Source: Macrostomum lignano
Lineage: Eukaryota
Direction: 5' to 3'
Assembly (NCBI GenBank): GCA_002269645.1
Contig: NIVC01000978.1
Span: 310,001 to 374,000, forward strand
Length of the DNA stretch: 64,000 bases
Position 1 is the stretch's first letter. Each line of letters starts with the position of its first letter. Shown one piece after another: positions 24,456-36,814 of this stretch. The notes beneath the pieces were generated by a model. It saw only the letters and a list, made by a program, of their open reading frames with translations. It had not been told where the DNA came from and searched no databases. The translations under genes and the position numbers were made by a program.

Positions 24456-25377
24456 GGGGGTGGCTCTGGCTGTTAAAGCGGTAACTATTGTACTTTCAGT
24501 TATTGTTTGTGGCCCCAATCTGCAGGGGGTACATGTAACTAAGGACTCAAGGAGTAAACTATAGCCGTAGGCCATACTTCTACGATCATATCCCTTGGCA
24601 AACGCTTGCATATGTACGCGCGGTGCCCCAGCTTACAGTGTCGTGCAATAAGTGTCCATATTGGACTGTATTGTCTTAAAGTTTATCTTATAGCCTAATC
24701 AATATAATTATACTGTTGGATAGTACCAAAATTCAAATTTATAAACTATATTTACCTGTATGTACAATGCATAGATAAGACTTAGCACGGCTGTAGCTAC
24801 TAACTGACTTCTACATTGGACATTAAATTTACAGTAATTTCATCCGAGATATGCCCCGCAGTTAATATCTATATCTGCGCGTAGTCACATATATTTATCT
24901 CCTATACCTATATATACAGGCCCAGGGTACGAATGTGTTTTACATGTAGTTGCTAGAACTGTACATTCTCGATGTCTTTCGGTGACTTGTACATCTGTGA
25001 GTGTTCCTATTCCTACCCCCCCCCCCGGTGCCTCTCAGTGCTGCGTGTGGCTCTCTACGAAAAGCTGCTTCTAGCTCGGGGCGCAACCCAAGTAAGTGTG
25101 CAACCAACCCCCCCCCCCTCCCTCCGACAAATGCTGAATGCACAGACCGCAGGCGGGGCAGAGACGCACAGTAAGAAGACAGACACAGTAAGAGCAAGTG
25201 ACACCAGCCACTACCCCCCCCCCCCGGTCTAAACACGATCTGCAAATTCAACCTAAGCTTGGAAGCTATATCGCTCTGCATATAAATATTATTTTCCAAA
25301 TTATTTTTGACTGACCTTTTAGCCGCTCAATTTTGAATGACTCTACAAGTATTTACCGGGATTCTGATTGCCCAATA

Positions 25378-28300
25378 ATGAATCTAAGCAAGCAGACTGG
25401 ATTTGTTACAATCGGACCGGATGATCACGACGAAAATGGTGAGTAATCTAACCTGATTGCCCAACCAATGCAATATTGTTAGATAGTAAACTGGAGCACG
25501 AAAGAGATGATAGACAAGAGATCTGAACTAAGAGGCAGATTGGTCTAAGGAACTGAATCGCATAAAAAGAGAAGGGGAGTGAGAGAAAGGGAGTGAGATG
25601 GAGAGACCGGGAGTGAGATGGAGAGACCGGGAGTGAGATGGAGAGACCGGGAATGAGATGGAGAGACCGGGAGTGAGATGGAGAGAATGGAGTGAGATAA
25701 AGAGAAAGGGGTGAGATGAAGAGAAAAGGAGGGAGATGAGAGAGACAGGGGTGAGATTAGATAAAAAATACAGGGGGTGAGATTAGATGAAAAGACAGGG
25801 GTGAGATGGTGAGAAAGACAGTGAGATGGAGAGAAGGGGAGAGAGAAGGAGAGAGAGGGAGAGAAGGGGGAGAGAGAAGGGGAGAGAGGAAGAGAAGGGG
25901 AGAGAGAAGGGGAGAGAGAAGGAAGAGAGAAGGGGAGAGAGAAGGGGAGAGAGAAGGGGAGAGAGAAGGGGAGAGAGAAGGGGGGAGAGAAGGGGAGAGA
26001 GGAAGAGAAGGGGAGAGAGAAGGGGGAGAGAGAAGGGGAGAGAGGAAGAGAAGGGGAGAGAGAAGGGGAGAGAGAAGGGGAGAGAGAAGGGGAGAGAGAA
26101 GGGGAGAGAGAAGGGGAGAGAGAAGGGGAGAGAGAAGGGGAGAGAGAAGGGGAGAGAGAAGGGGAGAGAGAAGGGGAGAGAGAAGGGGAGAGAGAAGGGG
26201 AGAGAGAAGGGGAGAGAAAAGGGGAGAGAGAAGGGGAGAGAGAAGGGGAGAGAGAAGGGGAGAGAGAAGGGGAGAGAGAAGGGGAGAGAGAAGGGGAGAG
26301 AGAAGGGGAGAGAAGGGGAGAGAGAAGGGGAGAGAGAAGGGGAGAGAGAAGGGGAGAGAAAAGGGGAGAGAGAAGGGGAGAGAGAAGGGGAGAGAGAAGG
26401 GGAGAGAGAAGGGGAGAGAGAAGGGGAGAGAGAAGGGGAGAGAGAAGGGGAGAGAGAAGGGGAGAGAGAAGGGGAGAGAGAAGGGGAGAGAGAAGGGGAG
26501 AGAAAAGGGGAGAGAGAAGGGGAGAGAGAAGGGGAGAGAGAAGGGGAGAGAGAAGGGGAGAGAGAAGGGGAGAGAGAAGGGGAGAGAAAAGGGGAGAGAG
26601 AAGGGGAGAGAGAAGGGGAGAGAGAAGGGGAGAGAGAAGGGGAGAGAGAAGGGGAGAGAGAAGGGGAGAGAGAAGGGGAGAGAAAAGGGGAGAGAAAGGG
26701 GAGAGAGAAGGGGAGAGAGAAGGGAGAGAGAAGGGGAGAGAGAAGGGGAGAGAGAAGGGGAGAGAGAAGGGGAGAGAGAAGGGGAGAGAGAAGGGGAGAG
26801 AGAAGGGGAGAGAAAAGGGGAGAGAGAAGGGGAGAGAGAAGGGGAGAGAGAAGGGGAGAGAGAAGGGAGAGAGAAGGGGAGAGAGAAGGGGAGAGAGAAG
26901 GGGAGAGAGAAGGGGAGAGAGAAGGGGAGAGAGAAGGGGAGAGAGAAGGGGAGAGAAAAGGGGAGAGAGAAGGGGAGAGAGAAGGGGAGAGAGGGAGAGC
27001 AGCTAGATGAGTAAGGATACAAAAGGAAAGAAAAAAGGATTGAGAGATATATGAAAATGATAGTAAAACTGAACTATCTGTAGTTGGGCGTGCCAGAAGA
27101 TCAAGAAACTTAGCTAACACTGAAATTGCACTAATTAGTATGTTTATGGTTGCCTTTCACCGAATTTTAAGTACGTGTAACTGAGGAGGCGCCAACTCAA
27201 GCTACCGAAGCTAGCGATGAAGCTGCTCACGCTCCTGATGAAGGTGGAACCGACGGTCAGATTGCTGCAGAGCAGTCGAACACATCTAGAACTGCTGATG
27301 GTGCCATTTTGAGCTCGTCAACTACTCTCAGTAGATCGGGTATGTTGAAGTTGAGCGCCTCAAAGTGCTAGCTAAAAGTACAAATTTTTATAACTTATTC
27401 ATGGCAACTAGCTTCTAACATTGCCAGCAGGCAGCATTGACGGAGACCTCTCCGAAGGTGAAGCCTTCGTACCCGAGATGACCGAGATGGAGCAGTCCAG
27501 CGCATGGGCGCCCCACAGCAACGAGAAATCTATCAACGAATTGCACGATTATTTCAAAAATTTCTATAGCACAAGACGCATTGTTAAGCAAACTTATCAC
27601 GAGCTCAAGCGGGCTTGTCAGGGCATCCAGGAGCTTCTGATTGGCAGCAGCAGCAACAGCGCTTCGGGACTCTTCGAACTGTCCGCCACGGACCGCGGCA
27701 CAGAGGCTTGGCTGTCGCACAGCGAAGAGCAAACCATCATGAGCGTCCTGCGCACCGACCCAATACTGCTGGTGCTGGGCGGCAAAGGCAGCGGTAAATC
27801 GTCCGTCATCAATGGGATCCTGGGCGCAGATATTTTGCCTAGCAGCGCCGCGATGCTGAAGCATCCGTGCAACGGAATCGTGCATTTGAAATACGATGAA
27901 TCCGGCTACGTTAAAATTGCTAAAAGCACCACCGAGAGGCCTTTGGAGCTGGAACAGATCAAGGGCGACCTGCAACAGCCGGCTCAAATGCTGGTGAGTT
28001 TTCGACTGTGGCTTTTGTGTTAGTGTCTATGGCTTTTGTGGCTGTGTCTATGGCTTTTGTGGCTTTGTCTATGGCTTTTGTGGCTGTGTCTATGGCTTTT
28101 GTGGCTTTTTCTATGGCTTTTGTGGCTGTGTCTATGGCTTTTGTGGCTTTTTCTATGGCTTTTGTGACTGTTTCTATGGCTTTTGTGGCTTTGTCTATGG
28201 CTTTTGTGGCTTTGTCTATGGCTTTGTGGCTGTTTCTATGGCTTTTGTGGCTGTGTCTATGGCTTTTGTGGCTTTGTCTATGGCTTTGTGGCTGTTTCTA

Positions 28301-31300
28301 TGGCTTTTGTGGCTGTGTCTATGGCTTTTGTGGCTGTGTCTATGGCTTTTGTGGCTTTGTCTATGGTTTTTGTGGCTGTGTCTATAGCTTTTGTGGCTGT
28401 GTCTATGGCTTTTGTGGCTTTGTCTATGGCTTTTGATGGCTTTCGTGGCTGCATGTGTCTCTTCTCAAATCTGATATGTTACTTCGAACTAACAATTATT
28501 TAATACTTGCTATCTAAACATTATTACATCTATTTTATCATTTGGACTGTAGCGTCACCGCACATCGAATCAGGTGCGCGAGTTTATTGAGGAAGTGATG
28601 AGCGACGAAGAGCGTGCAGCCTGGGGCAGCCTTGACAACTGTGTGCTGGAGATTGGAGTCAAGAATCCCATATTGAGAACCCGGGTGCAGTTCCTGGAGA
28701 TACCGGGCGACTGTTTTGATCCTAAGCTGCGGGAACGGCTGCTGAGACAGCTGTTCGGATTTAACCACCAGACTGTGGTGTACATCATCGACGGCAATAA
28801 GGGCTTGGGGAACTCGGTGAGTCCGTTTTTTAATGTATTTTCAATTTTTTTAAAGTTCGCAAGAGGGTTGTGGTCACCCTGGCGCAGCCCCTTTTGGCCA
28901 CATCACCGCACAACCGGCGGCTCATTTAAACTGTACAACAGCCCTGACTTTCTCATCGTTAGTCGTGCACACTCTCTGGGCCTTGGAGTTGACTCTCGCG
29001 GTCGTGAGTCGTTTGACAAACGAACCGAGTGACTTTGGTAGAGTCTGACGCATAATCGCTCACTTAATAGTCTTATTTTAACTGATCTGCATACACGAGC
29101 AACAAGTACATGCAAGTTGGTTAATTGGGGTCTTAAGATTTACGTTTATGTTACAGATAAATAAATTAATTGATTGATGACACCTGTCTCAATGGGCTAT
29201 TGCGCGGTGCATCTGAAGGCTGCGTACGGCTGTTCAGTCCAAGTACGGGGGGGGGTCGCCACACACCCTGAATTTATTACCCCTGCTAAAGCTGATACCC
29301 ATTTTTCAGCTGGGTGAACTGAAACAATGCAGAGTTAAGTGTCTTGCTTAAGGACACAAATTGTTCCGAGTTGGGACGGGATTCGAACCCCCGACCTTTC
29401 AGTCGTGAGTCCGACGCTCTTACTGCAAGACTAAAGGCTACAATAGGTTGTTGCTGTTAGCAAAAAAAGCTATAGTTTGCTTCCCTCATTAACCACTGGT
29501 AATACAGACTGCTTTGACTTTCGCCTTCAGTACTCACTGTTGCCAGGGGCGTCTCCATTGGATTTTATGGTGGGGGGACAAAGCCAAGAATTCATGTACA
29601 TGTACATGTACATGACAAAATTCCTACATGTTTATTATTTTGAGAATCAGTGTTGTCAGCGCTCACTTTAGCGCCGCAAGCACTCATTTTGGCGCCGTAG
29701 GCATTCCTTTTGGCGCCGCAAGCACTCATTTTGGCGCCGTAGGCATTCCTTCTAGCGCCACAGGCACTCATTTTGGCTCCGTAGGCATTCCTTCTAGCGC
29801 CACAGACACTCATTTTGGCGCCGCAGGCATTCCTTCTAGCGCCACAGGCACTCATTTTGGCGCCGCAGGCACTCATTTTGGCGCCGCAAGCACTCATTTT
29901 GGCGCCGCAAGCACTCATTTTGGCGCCGCAAGCACTCATTTTGGCGCCGTAGGCATTCCTTCTAGCGCCACAGGCACTCATTTTGGCGCCGTAGGCATTC
30001 CTTCTAGCGCCACAGGCACTCATTTTGGCGCCGTAGGCATTCCTTCTAGCGCCACAGGCACTCATTTTGGCGCCGCAGGCACTCATTTTGGCGCCGCAAG
30101 CACTCATTTTGGCGCCGCAAGCACTCATTTTGGCGCCGCAAGCACTCATTTTGGCGCCGTAGGCATTCCTTCTAGCGCCACAGGCACTCATTTTGGCGCC
30201 GCAAGCACTCATTTTGGCGCCGCAAGCACTCATTTTGGCGCCGTAGGCATTCCTTCTAGCGCCACAGGCACTCATTTTGGCTCCGTAGGCATTCCTTTTA
30301 GCGCCACAGGCACTCATTTTGGCGCCGCAGGCACTCATTTTGGCGCCGCAAGCACTCATTTTGGCGCCGCAAGCACTCATTTTGGCGCCGTAGGCATTCC
30401 TTTTAGCGCCACAGACACTCATTTTGGCGCCGTAGGCATTCCTTTTAGCGCCACAGACACTCATTTTGGCGCCGTAGGCATTCCTTTTGGCGCCACAGGC
30501 ACTCATTTTGGCGCCGCAGGCACTCATTTTAGCGCCACAGACACTCATTTTGGCGCCGCAGGCACTTATTTTGGCGCCGCAAGCACTCATTTTGGCGCCG
30601 CAGGCACTCATTTTGGCGCCGCAAGCACTCATTTTGGCGCCGTAGGCATTCCTTTTAGCGCCACAGGCACTCATTTTGGCGCCGTAGGCATTCCTTTTAG
30701 CGCCACAGGCACTCATTTTGGCGCCGCAGGCACTCATTTTGGCGCCGCAGGCGCTATATTTTGCGCCCTGAAGAAAAAATTATTGATTTCCAAATATTTT
30801 TTCGGCTCGCATGACTTTCAGAATTAGGAAATTTAATTCGCTACCTTGCCAGCCGGGGCTGCTAATCCGGTCTGAATTGTATTGTTCTTGTAGAGTAAAA
30901 CAATTTTATCGGATGGAATATCTATGGAAATTCGCTTCGGTTTAAATCTGCAAGAGGGTCTGACTCTTTGGAAGGTAAACAATATCAGGCTACAACCCAA
31001 TATTGCCTTGAAGAGTATTTATCTAATGACCCCCCGTATTTGATTATTCATAAATCTAACCGTCCGTAATTTTTGAGCATTAAAATCTCCAGAATCTCGA
31101 GAGACATTTTTGTACATTTAAGCTGCTTAGGCAGCGATTAGATTTTTTCGTAGATTTCCAACGTAAGCATTCACTGGTGGCAAATCCATAAATGTGTATG
31201 TCTGGCACCCTCCGCCCACGCAGGATCGCGAGTTTCTCTTCTTTCTCAAAGCCAGTATTCCGGATATTCGCATATTCTTCGTCATCAACAAAGTTGACTA

Positions 31301-33553
31301 CGATCCCGAGGCCGAGGAGATGGACGGCGACTCGGACCTGGAGGACTCGGAGCCGTCGGACTCTCGCTTCCACGACAGCGGCTTGCAGACGCAGCGGAGA
31401 AAGCAGAGACTTGTGGTGGACCAGCTGGCCAAGTACAAGCTGACGGGCGGCAGCGGCAGGCAGACAGTTTATCCCGTGTCCGTGCTGCGCCAGCGCTTCC
31501 CCCTCGATGGCGACTCGGAGCAGATCAGCCAGCTCAACAAAGACTACGAGGCGCAGTACCAGGTGATGGTGGCAGCGCTCAAGGACTGCCTACTGGAGAC
31601 TGGACGAAGTCGGATGGAGCTGGCCCTCTCTACACTCTTCCTGGTGTCCGTGCGCACATTCGACGCCTTCACTCGAGACTCCGGCGCCGAGGCGGAGGAA
31701 GGAGCCCAGCTGGCCGAGCAGGCCTCTAAGGAGCGCATCCTGCAGAGCTTCCGAGACACCAAAACCAAGCTGAAAGAGTGCAAATCGAAATTTCTACAGG
31801 AGCTGACGGATATCCACAAGCGCAGCGAGAAGGCCATTATTGACGAGTGCCGACGACTGGAGTTCGGGCCGCTGCGGTTGTACAGCAGGATCAGGAACAA
31901 CGAGGTTGAGCAGCAATACCGGGAGCAGATTAATAACTACGTGTTGCACCTGCTCAATGTGGAGATTCAAGAGTCGCTTGAAAGACAGATCAACGATCTG
32001 AGGACGGTGCTGTTCAACGAGGTTGAAAAGCTTAAAAAGATGTTCTCGAACGCGTCGAAAGACCAGCCGTCAAGTCCTTGGCAGGATCTAATTCGTACTC
32101 ACGCCGACGAGCTCGTCATGAACATTGTTAAGCTTAATTTTAGCGTCGAATGGAAATCCGAGGCCGGCTTCATCAAATGGGTCAGGAAGCTGTGGACGGC
32201 CGCCACGGTCAACAAGAACAAAGGCGTGAACCCCAACACTCCCGAGTGGAAGAGCGAAGTGGCCAAAGAGTTCTACTCGAGCATCGATCTGAACGCAGTG
32301 GTTCGCCGGATGTTCGCAGGCGTGGACTACACGCTGAAGCAGGCCGAGGCCTGTCTGCTCAACCTGTCCCAGTCGCGGCACAAGTTTGCCGCCAAACTGC
32401 AGAAACTGCTGGCCAAAGAGAGTCCAGCCGCGCGCAGCGTGTGGCTGAGCGTCCAGTTCTGCTTAGTGTCCGCTGAAGCACTTCGAAACGTTCAAGCCTA
32501 CGGCCACCTGCCGTCCGCGAACCTGACGGAGCCAATCGCGTCCACCTGCCTGGGCCAACTTTGCCACTTAACCAGCGGCTACGCCAAATTTGAGCGCACA
32601 CAGGACTCCGGCATTGGCGTCACAGTGACGCAGCTTTGTAGCAGCGCTGGAGGGGGTCCGGACAACTCGGGGATTGGCTCAACGCTTTGCCTCGGCGGCA
32701 TCCCGAATCACCATCTGATGAAGGGCAATGTAGTTAGAAACCAGCGCTGCGTGGCCATCACTCTGATGGTCACGTTCAACGACAAGTTCGAGCTGTGCGT
32801 ACTGCATTCCGCGTACAACAGTTCGCTGCAAGATTTCATCGAGGCTGAGCAGGGCCGGGCGTACACCAAACTGCAAGGCTTTAAAATGATAAAAGATTTG
32901 CTGCAAATCTGGAAACTCTTCGGCCAGGAGACCGCCACTCTGCCCTGGTCGTTGACGCCGAAAAATCTCAAGGTTTGTAGTTTAATTTTTCCTGGAAAGT
33001 CTGCGAGAAGCAGATGCTCAGTCAAGAGTAAACGGTTTACCAGAAAGGTCGTTAGGGCTTTTAGATGTCAGAGTTTCTATTGTCCAACTGTCATATGAAT
33101 TTCTCGTATTGTGTCCCCAAACTCCAGACGTCCCACCGACCTGGCGCATCGATTGTCTACGACTACCTGGAGAGCCCGCTGCCGACCCTGCGGAAGGGCC
33201 ACACATTCGGCGGCCTGCTGTTCACTAAATCCGAGTCCGAGGTTCGCGTCCAAAAGCAGGAAACGGAGTTGAACAACCTGCTGCAGGTGACCTTAATGAT
33301 CCTGGTCCGTAGCCCCGTACAGTTCGAGCCCGACGAACTCGACCGGATCGCCGAGCGTGAGCACCCGCAGGAGCGTCACCGCGAGTTCAAAGCTTACATT
33401 GTGTCGCAGATTAGCGGTCTGAAGCATTCGCGCGAACTCGACCCGATCCCGGCCGACACGATCGCGAACCTCTGGCACACGGCCGCTGAACGCAAAGTCC
33501 GCGACATCGAGGAATGGATCGAGAGGGGAATCAAGAAGTGGCAGAATTGTTGA
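25378..33553 (+). CDS. DSTYK (Dusty)-like protein: dynamin-like P-loop domain, helical region, degenerate kinase domain; exons 25378-25438, 27172-27339, 27428-27993, 28553-28816, 30894-30974, 31224-32972, 33128-33553 (1104 aa)
   Basis: Exons sum to 3315 nt with consistent phases. LVLGGKGSGKSSVIN, FLEIPG, FVINKVD, WKSEVAKEFYSS...HKFAAKLQKL (cf. DSTYK WKRKVAQEAIES...HEAFAASLRQL), LPWSLTPKNL (cf. VHRDIKLKNV). Exons 1, 2 and 5 are less certain. Confidence 0.72.
25570..27000. repeat. Homopurine array in DSTYK-like intron 1: 20-bp units, then (GGGGAGAGAGAA)n 12-mers
   Basis: Directly visible; source of the spurious REGE/SLSP ORFs. Confidence 0.97.
28022..28445. repeat. 21-bp minisatellite GTGTCTATGGCTTTTGTGGCT (intron 3)
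   Basis: 7-aa periodic spurious ORF SMAFVAV. Confidence 0.95.
29160..29440 (-). mobile_element. tRNA-derived SINE with a CORE-like central domain
   Basis: Minus strand: tRNA-like head with GGTTCGAATCCC B-box, then TGTGTCCTTAAGCAAGACACTTAACTCTGCATTGTTTCAGTT...CTGAAAAATGGGTAT, which aligns by eye to the MIR/CORE consensus. Confidence 0.65.
29655..30752. repeat. 21-bp minisatellite with two interspersed unit variants (intron 4)
   Basis: GCACTCATTTTGGCGCCGCAA and GGCATTCCTTCTAGCGCCACA. Confidence 0.96.
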
Positions 33554-34554
33554 GCAGTGATCACTGTCAGACTTGAGCACGCTCTTGATTATGGATGAGT
33601 CTGAAATTACGTAGTGCTTGTTCAACATTTTTTTTACCTAGAGAGTCATTCATTATCTGCGCGGTCTATCTGATTGCGCCCACCGATTGGTGTGTGTTAA
33701 CTTAATGTTTTATTGTGACGTAATTGCTCGATTTTACGTGCAAATTCTTATCGATTTTGATTTCGAATCAGTTTAATTCCACAAATCATGATTTACCAGT
33801 TGCAAGTTGCAAAGAAACCCTCAGTAAAACGGTGTCATTAGACTGAACTCATCTGAGTTTCATCTTGCCTTAGGAATTCTTAATTCGTATCTGTTGCAAT
33901 CCAGTGACAAGAATAATTCTGAACCTCTTTTTAGATTCAAACCCTTTTTCCTGAATATTGAACTCAAGATCGAGACGAAATTAAAATAAAATTTGCTTTA
34001 ACAACTCACAAGAGTCAGTGAGAGATTTGCTAAGCTATGCAGTTCTATTATTTCAAACCTTGAATTCGATTTAGCCATTCGGTCCATTTTGACCTTCGAT
34101 CATGTTTGTTTAGTGTGATACCGTTTTTCAATTTACACACAACATCAGAAATGGTCTCGCTTAAAAAAGCAGATCTTTAATGTAAAATTTCGTTTTCAAA
34201 ACTTCATTTACGAATAAAACTCTTCAACAACTTTTCAAGATGGGCTTATCCAAAGACTGCCGCTTTGAAGTATTGTAAATTCAATTAGTAAGTTGTGGAG
34301 AATTTCATATTTCAGCTTTAAAATAAACAAAAGAGTTTTAAAAACGGTAGCTGAAAAAGCAAGTTATGCTAGATCTGAAACTAAGCATGCAGACAACTTG
34401 AGATGGCGCACAACCAGTGTCGAAGGGAAATGGGCCACGAAAAGGAAAGCGGAGCCGTTAATTCAACTTTCCTTTTTGATTGGTAAGATGGTTGCAACTT
34501 CAGGCTATTTCTGTTTCGACAGTCAATGGAACTTTTTTATTGGAGACAGGCGGT

Positions 34555-34795
34555 GTGACCTTGAGCAGGCACACAAGCGCGCGGATACGCACGCAGTCAT
34601 ACGCACAGGCACACACTCACACTGGAGTGTACATCGGCCCTAACTTTATTTACCGTTAGGCATGTACACTTCATTGCACGAGCAGAGCCAAGCCGAGATT
34701 CCAATTTAACCCCAAATTTAATGCGACTTTGAATCGAGCTTGGGCCGCTGGCACATTAGCACTCCGCGCTCGACCACTAGGGTGCGGCCCCCCAA
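34555..34795 (-). mobile_element. tRNA-derived SINE, family A
   Basis: Shares body and GCTCGATTC box with the 38965 and 20848 copies; lacks the internal segment GGGTTGGCTCTCAAGGCC. Confidence 0.75.
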
Positions 34796-34829
34796 TGTAA
34801 CTTATATAAGCCATAATGCCGCAATCTCA

Positions 34830-35518
34830 ACAACAATAACAACAACAACAATAACAACAACAACAATAACAACAACAATAACAACAACAACAACAACAAC
34901 AACAACAAAATACGCGTTCAGCGTCACAGGGCGCGCCTCAAGGCCAAGTCGCGAATGAACGCCACGTCGCCAGCCGAATCCGGGGCGCCGGCGTCAGCCA
35001 GCAGGCAGACGGTGCCTGCAACGGTGCCTGCAGCGTCAGCAGCAGCACCTGCTGCATCGGCTCTGTGCAGTACAACTCGGCGCGGATGATGTGGCCTGCC
35101 AGCTGGAGTCGCCGACGGCGCAACAGGTCGCTTGGACGGACCAGGCCGGTGCGGTGATACAAAGCCGCGTTAGTCACTCGCTCGTAGCCGATCTTGAAGG
35201 CAGCGCGCAGCTGGCCAGCGTGCGCCGCGTCAACTTGTTGCTCGAGCGACTCCGTCAGCGTCCAGGTCTCGGCGTTGTATAGCAGGACGGTCTCGATCAC
35301 CGCCTAGAACAACGCCTTTCTCTGGTCTCGGACTGCAGGACTGCCCTCACAGAACGAAAGGCAGCCCAGGCAAGCCCGCGGCGACGCCGCAAATCCCCGC
35401 GGACGCCGGGAACCAGACCGCTGAGGTAGACGAACTGCTGAGAACGCGGAAGCTCTGTCGCCTGTCCATCAGCGCCTCGGCACAAAATCGCAGCCTCGAT
35501 GTCGTCCGGCACGCAGAG
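34830..35518 (-). mobile_element. 5'-truncated RTE-clade non-LTR retrotransposon with a (TTG/TTA)n tail
   Basis: FVYLSGL...RRRRGLAWAAF, VLLYNAETWTLT, LQLAGHIIR (RTE RT C-terminus) across frame breaks; AAC/AAT run 34828-34908; TSD-like CGCAATCTCA (34820) and CGCAATATCA (35519). Confidence 0.85.
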
Positions 35519-35995
35519 CGCAATATCAGAAACATAAACTTGAAATCAACAAGCTAATACGAGCTATTTACCCATTTTTAATCCTTAGCGGAGTTTAATC
35601 TTTAATCCTAAGGACAGCTAACTTCATGTCGACTAAAACCAGACGCAACGAATATTTTCGCAGCATTTACATGTAAGCCCAACGAGACTATTTCCACAGG
35701 TGAGCTTTATGAAGTTTACTCGTGGACAGCCTAAGGTGAAGCGTAAAGGTGCTCGCTGTTTTTGATCAAGTTCTCGCGGCCAATTTTGGGCATCAACTAA
35801 TTAGGCATGTATATAAATAAGTAAATGAAACAAAACCGTAATTAGCGAAGTAAAATGTTTTATTTATTATATACTCTTTTCCTCTAGTATATATTAGCCG
35901 TGATTGGAATTAACGGCTGCATCAATTAGCTATAATTCAACCTGGTGGTTCACATTCTCTATATCGATGGTCAATGCACCGCTCTCCAAGCCAGC

Positions 35996-36814
35996 TTAGG
36001 TGTACCGGTTGATGAAGCTGGCGTAGCGCACAACATTGGCATACAGGGAGGTGGTGGAGCTGATGCCAGAGTTCACGCCCAGCTGGTAGTAGGTGCTGCC
36101 GCTCTTGTACACCATCGGGCCGCCGCTGTCGCCGAAGTAGATGGAGTTGGGCTGGCGGGAGCTGCAGAAGTAGGCGGATCCGCAGCCAGACCGGGTCAGT
36201 GTGGTCTCGGCGTAGTTCAGAACGTTTGAAATGCCGTTGTGGTCGCCGCCGAAGCCCATGCTGATGATGGGGGTGCCGGCACCGGGCTCGGAGCTGCTGA
36301 ACAGCGCGATCGGCTGGACATTGGTGTTGAAGGCGATGTCGCTGCTGGTCTTCAGGACGGCCAGATCGTAGTCGCGAACGACGGCGCAGCCGCTGCCGGT
36401 GGGGTAGCCGGGGTAGATGTAGGTGTTGGACACCCGGTAGCTGGTGCCACGGCCAGCGCGGACGGTGCCGACCTGTCAAAGAGTCACGCGAACAGCTGCT
36501 TGAAAGCTTCTAAATATATGCTGCCAGCTGGAACTAAGGAACTCAAGCACTACAAATTCTTACTCAATACAAGTTACTCCGCCGTATCAATTTTACTGTT
36601 GACTCACCTCAACGCTGCTCGGCGCCCGGTTGCAGACGCAGTGAGCGGCAGTCAGAATGGTTCTCTTGTTGAGAACAGAGGCGGAGCAGCCGGAGATCTT
36701 GGCCATCCAGGGGAATTGGCCCAACCTGGCATTCTGTCCGTTGAGGATGTAGCTGTCCAGAGGGTTGGCAGCAGCCACCGCCAGCAGGCAGGCGAGCGCA
36801 ATCAGAAACTTCAT
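35996..36814 (-). CDS. Secreted S1A serine protease (chymotrypsin/elastase-like); exons 36814-36608, 36472-35996 (227 aa)
   Basis: Signal peptide, ILNG N-terminus, TAAHC, YDLAV, GDSGGP; phase-0 intron. Confidence 0.92.
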
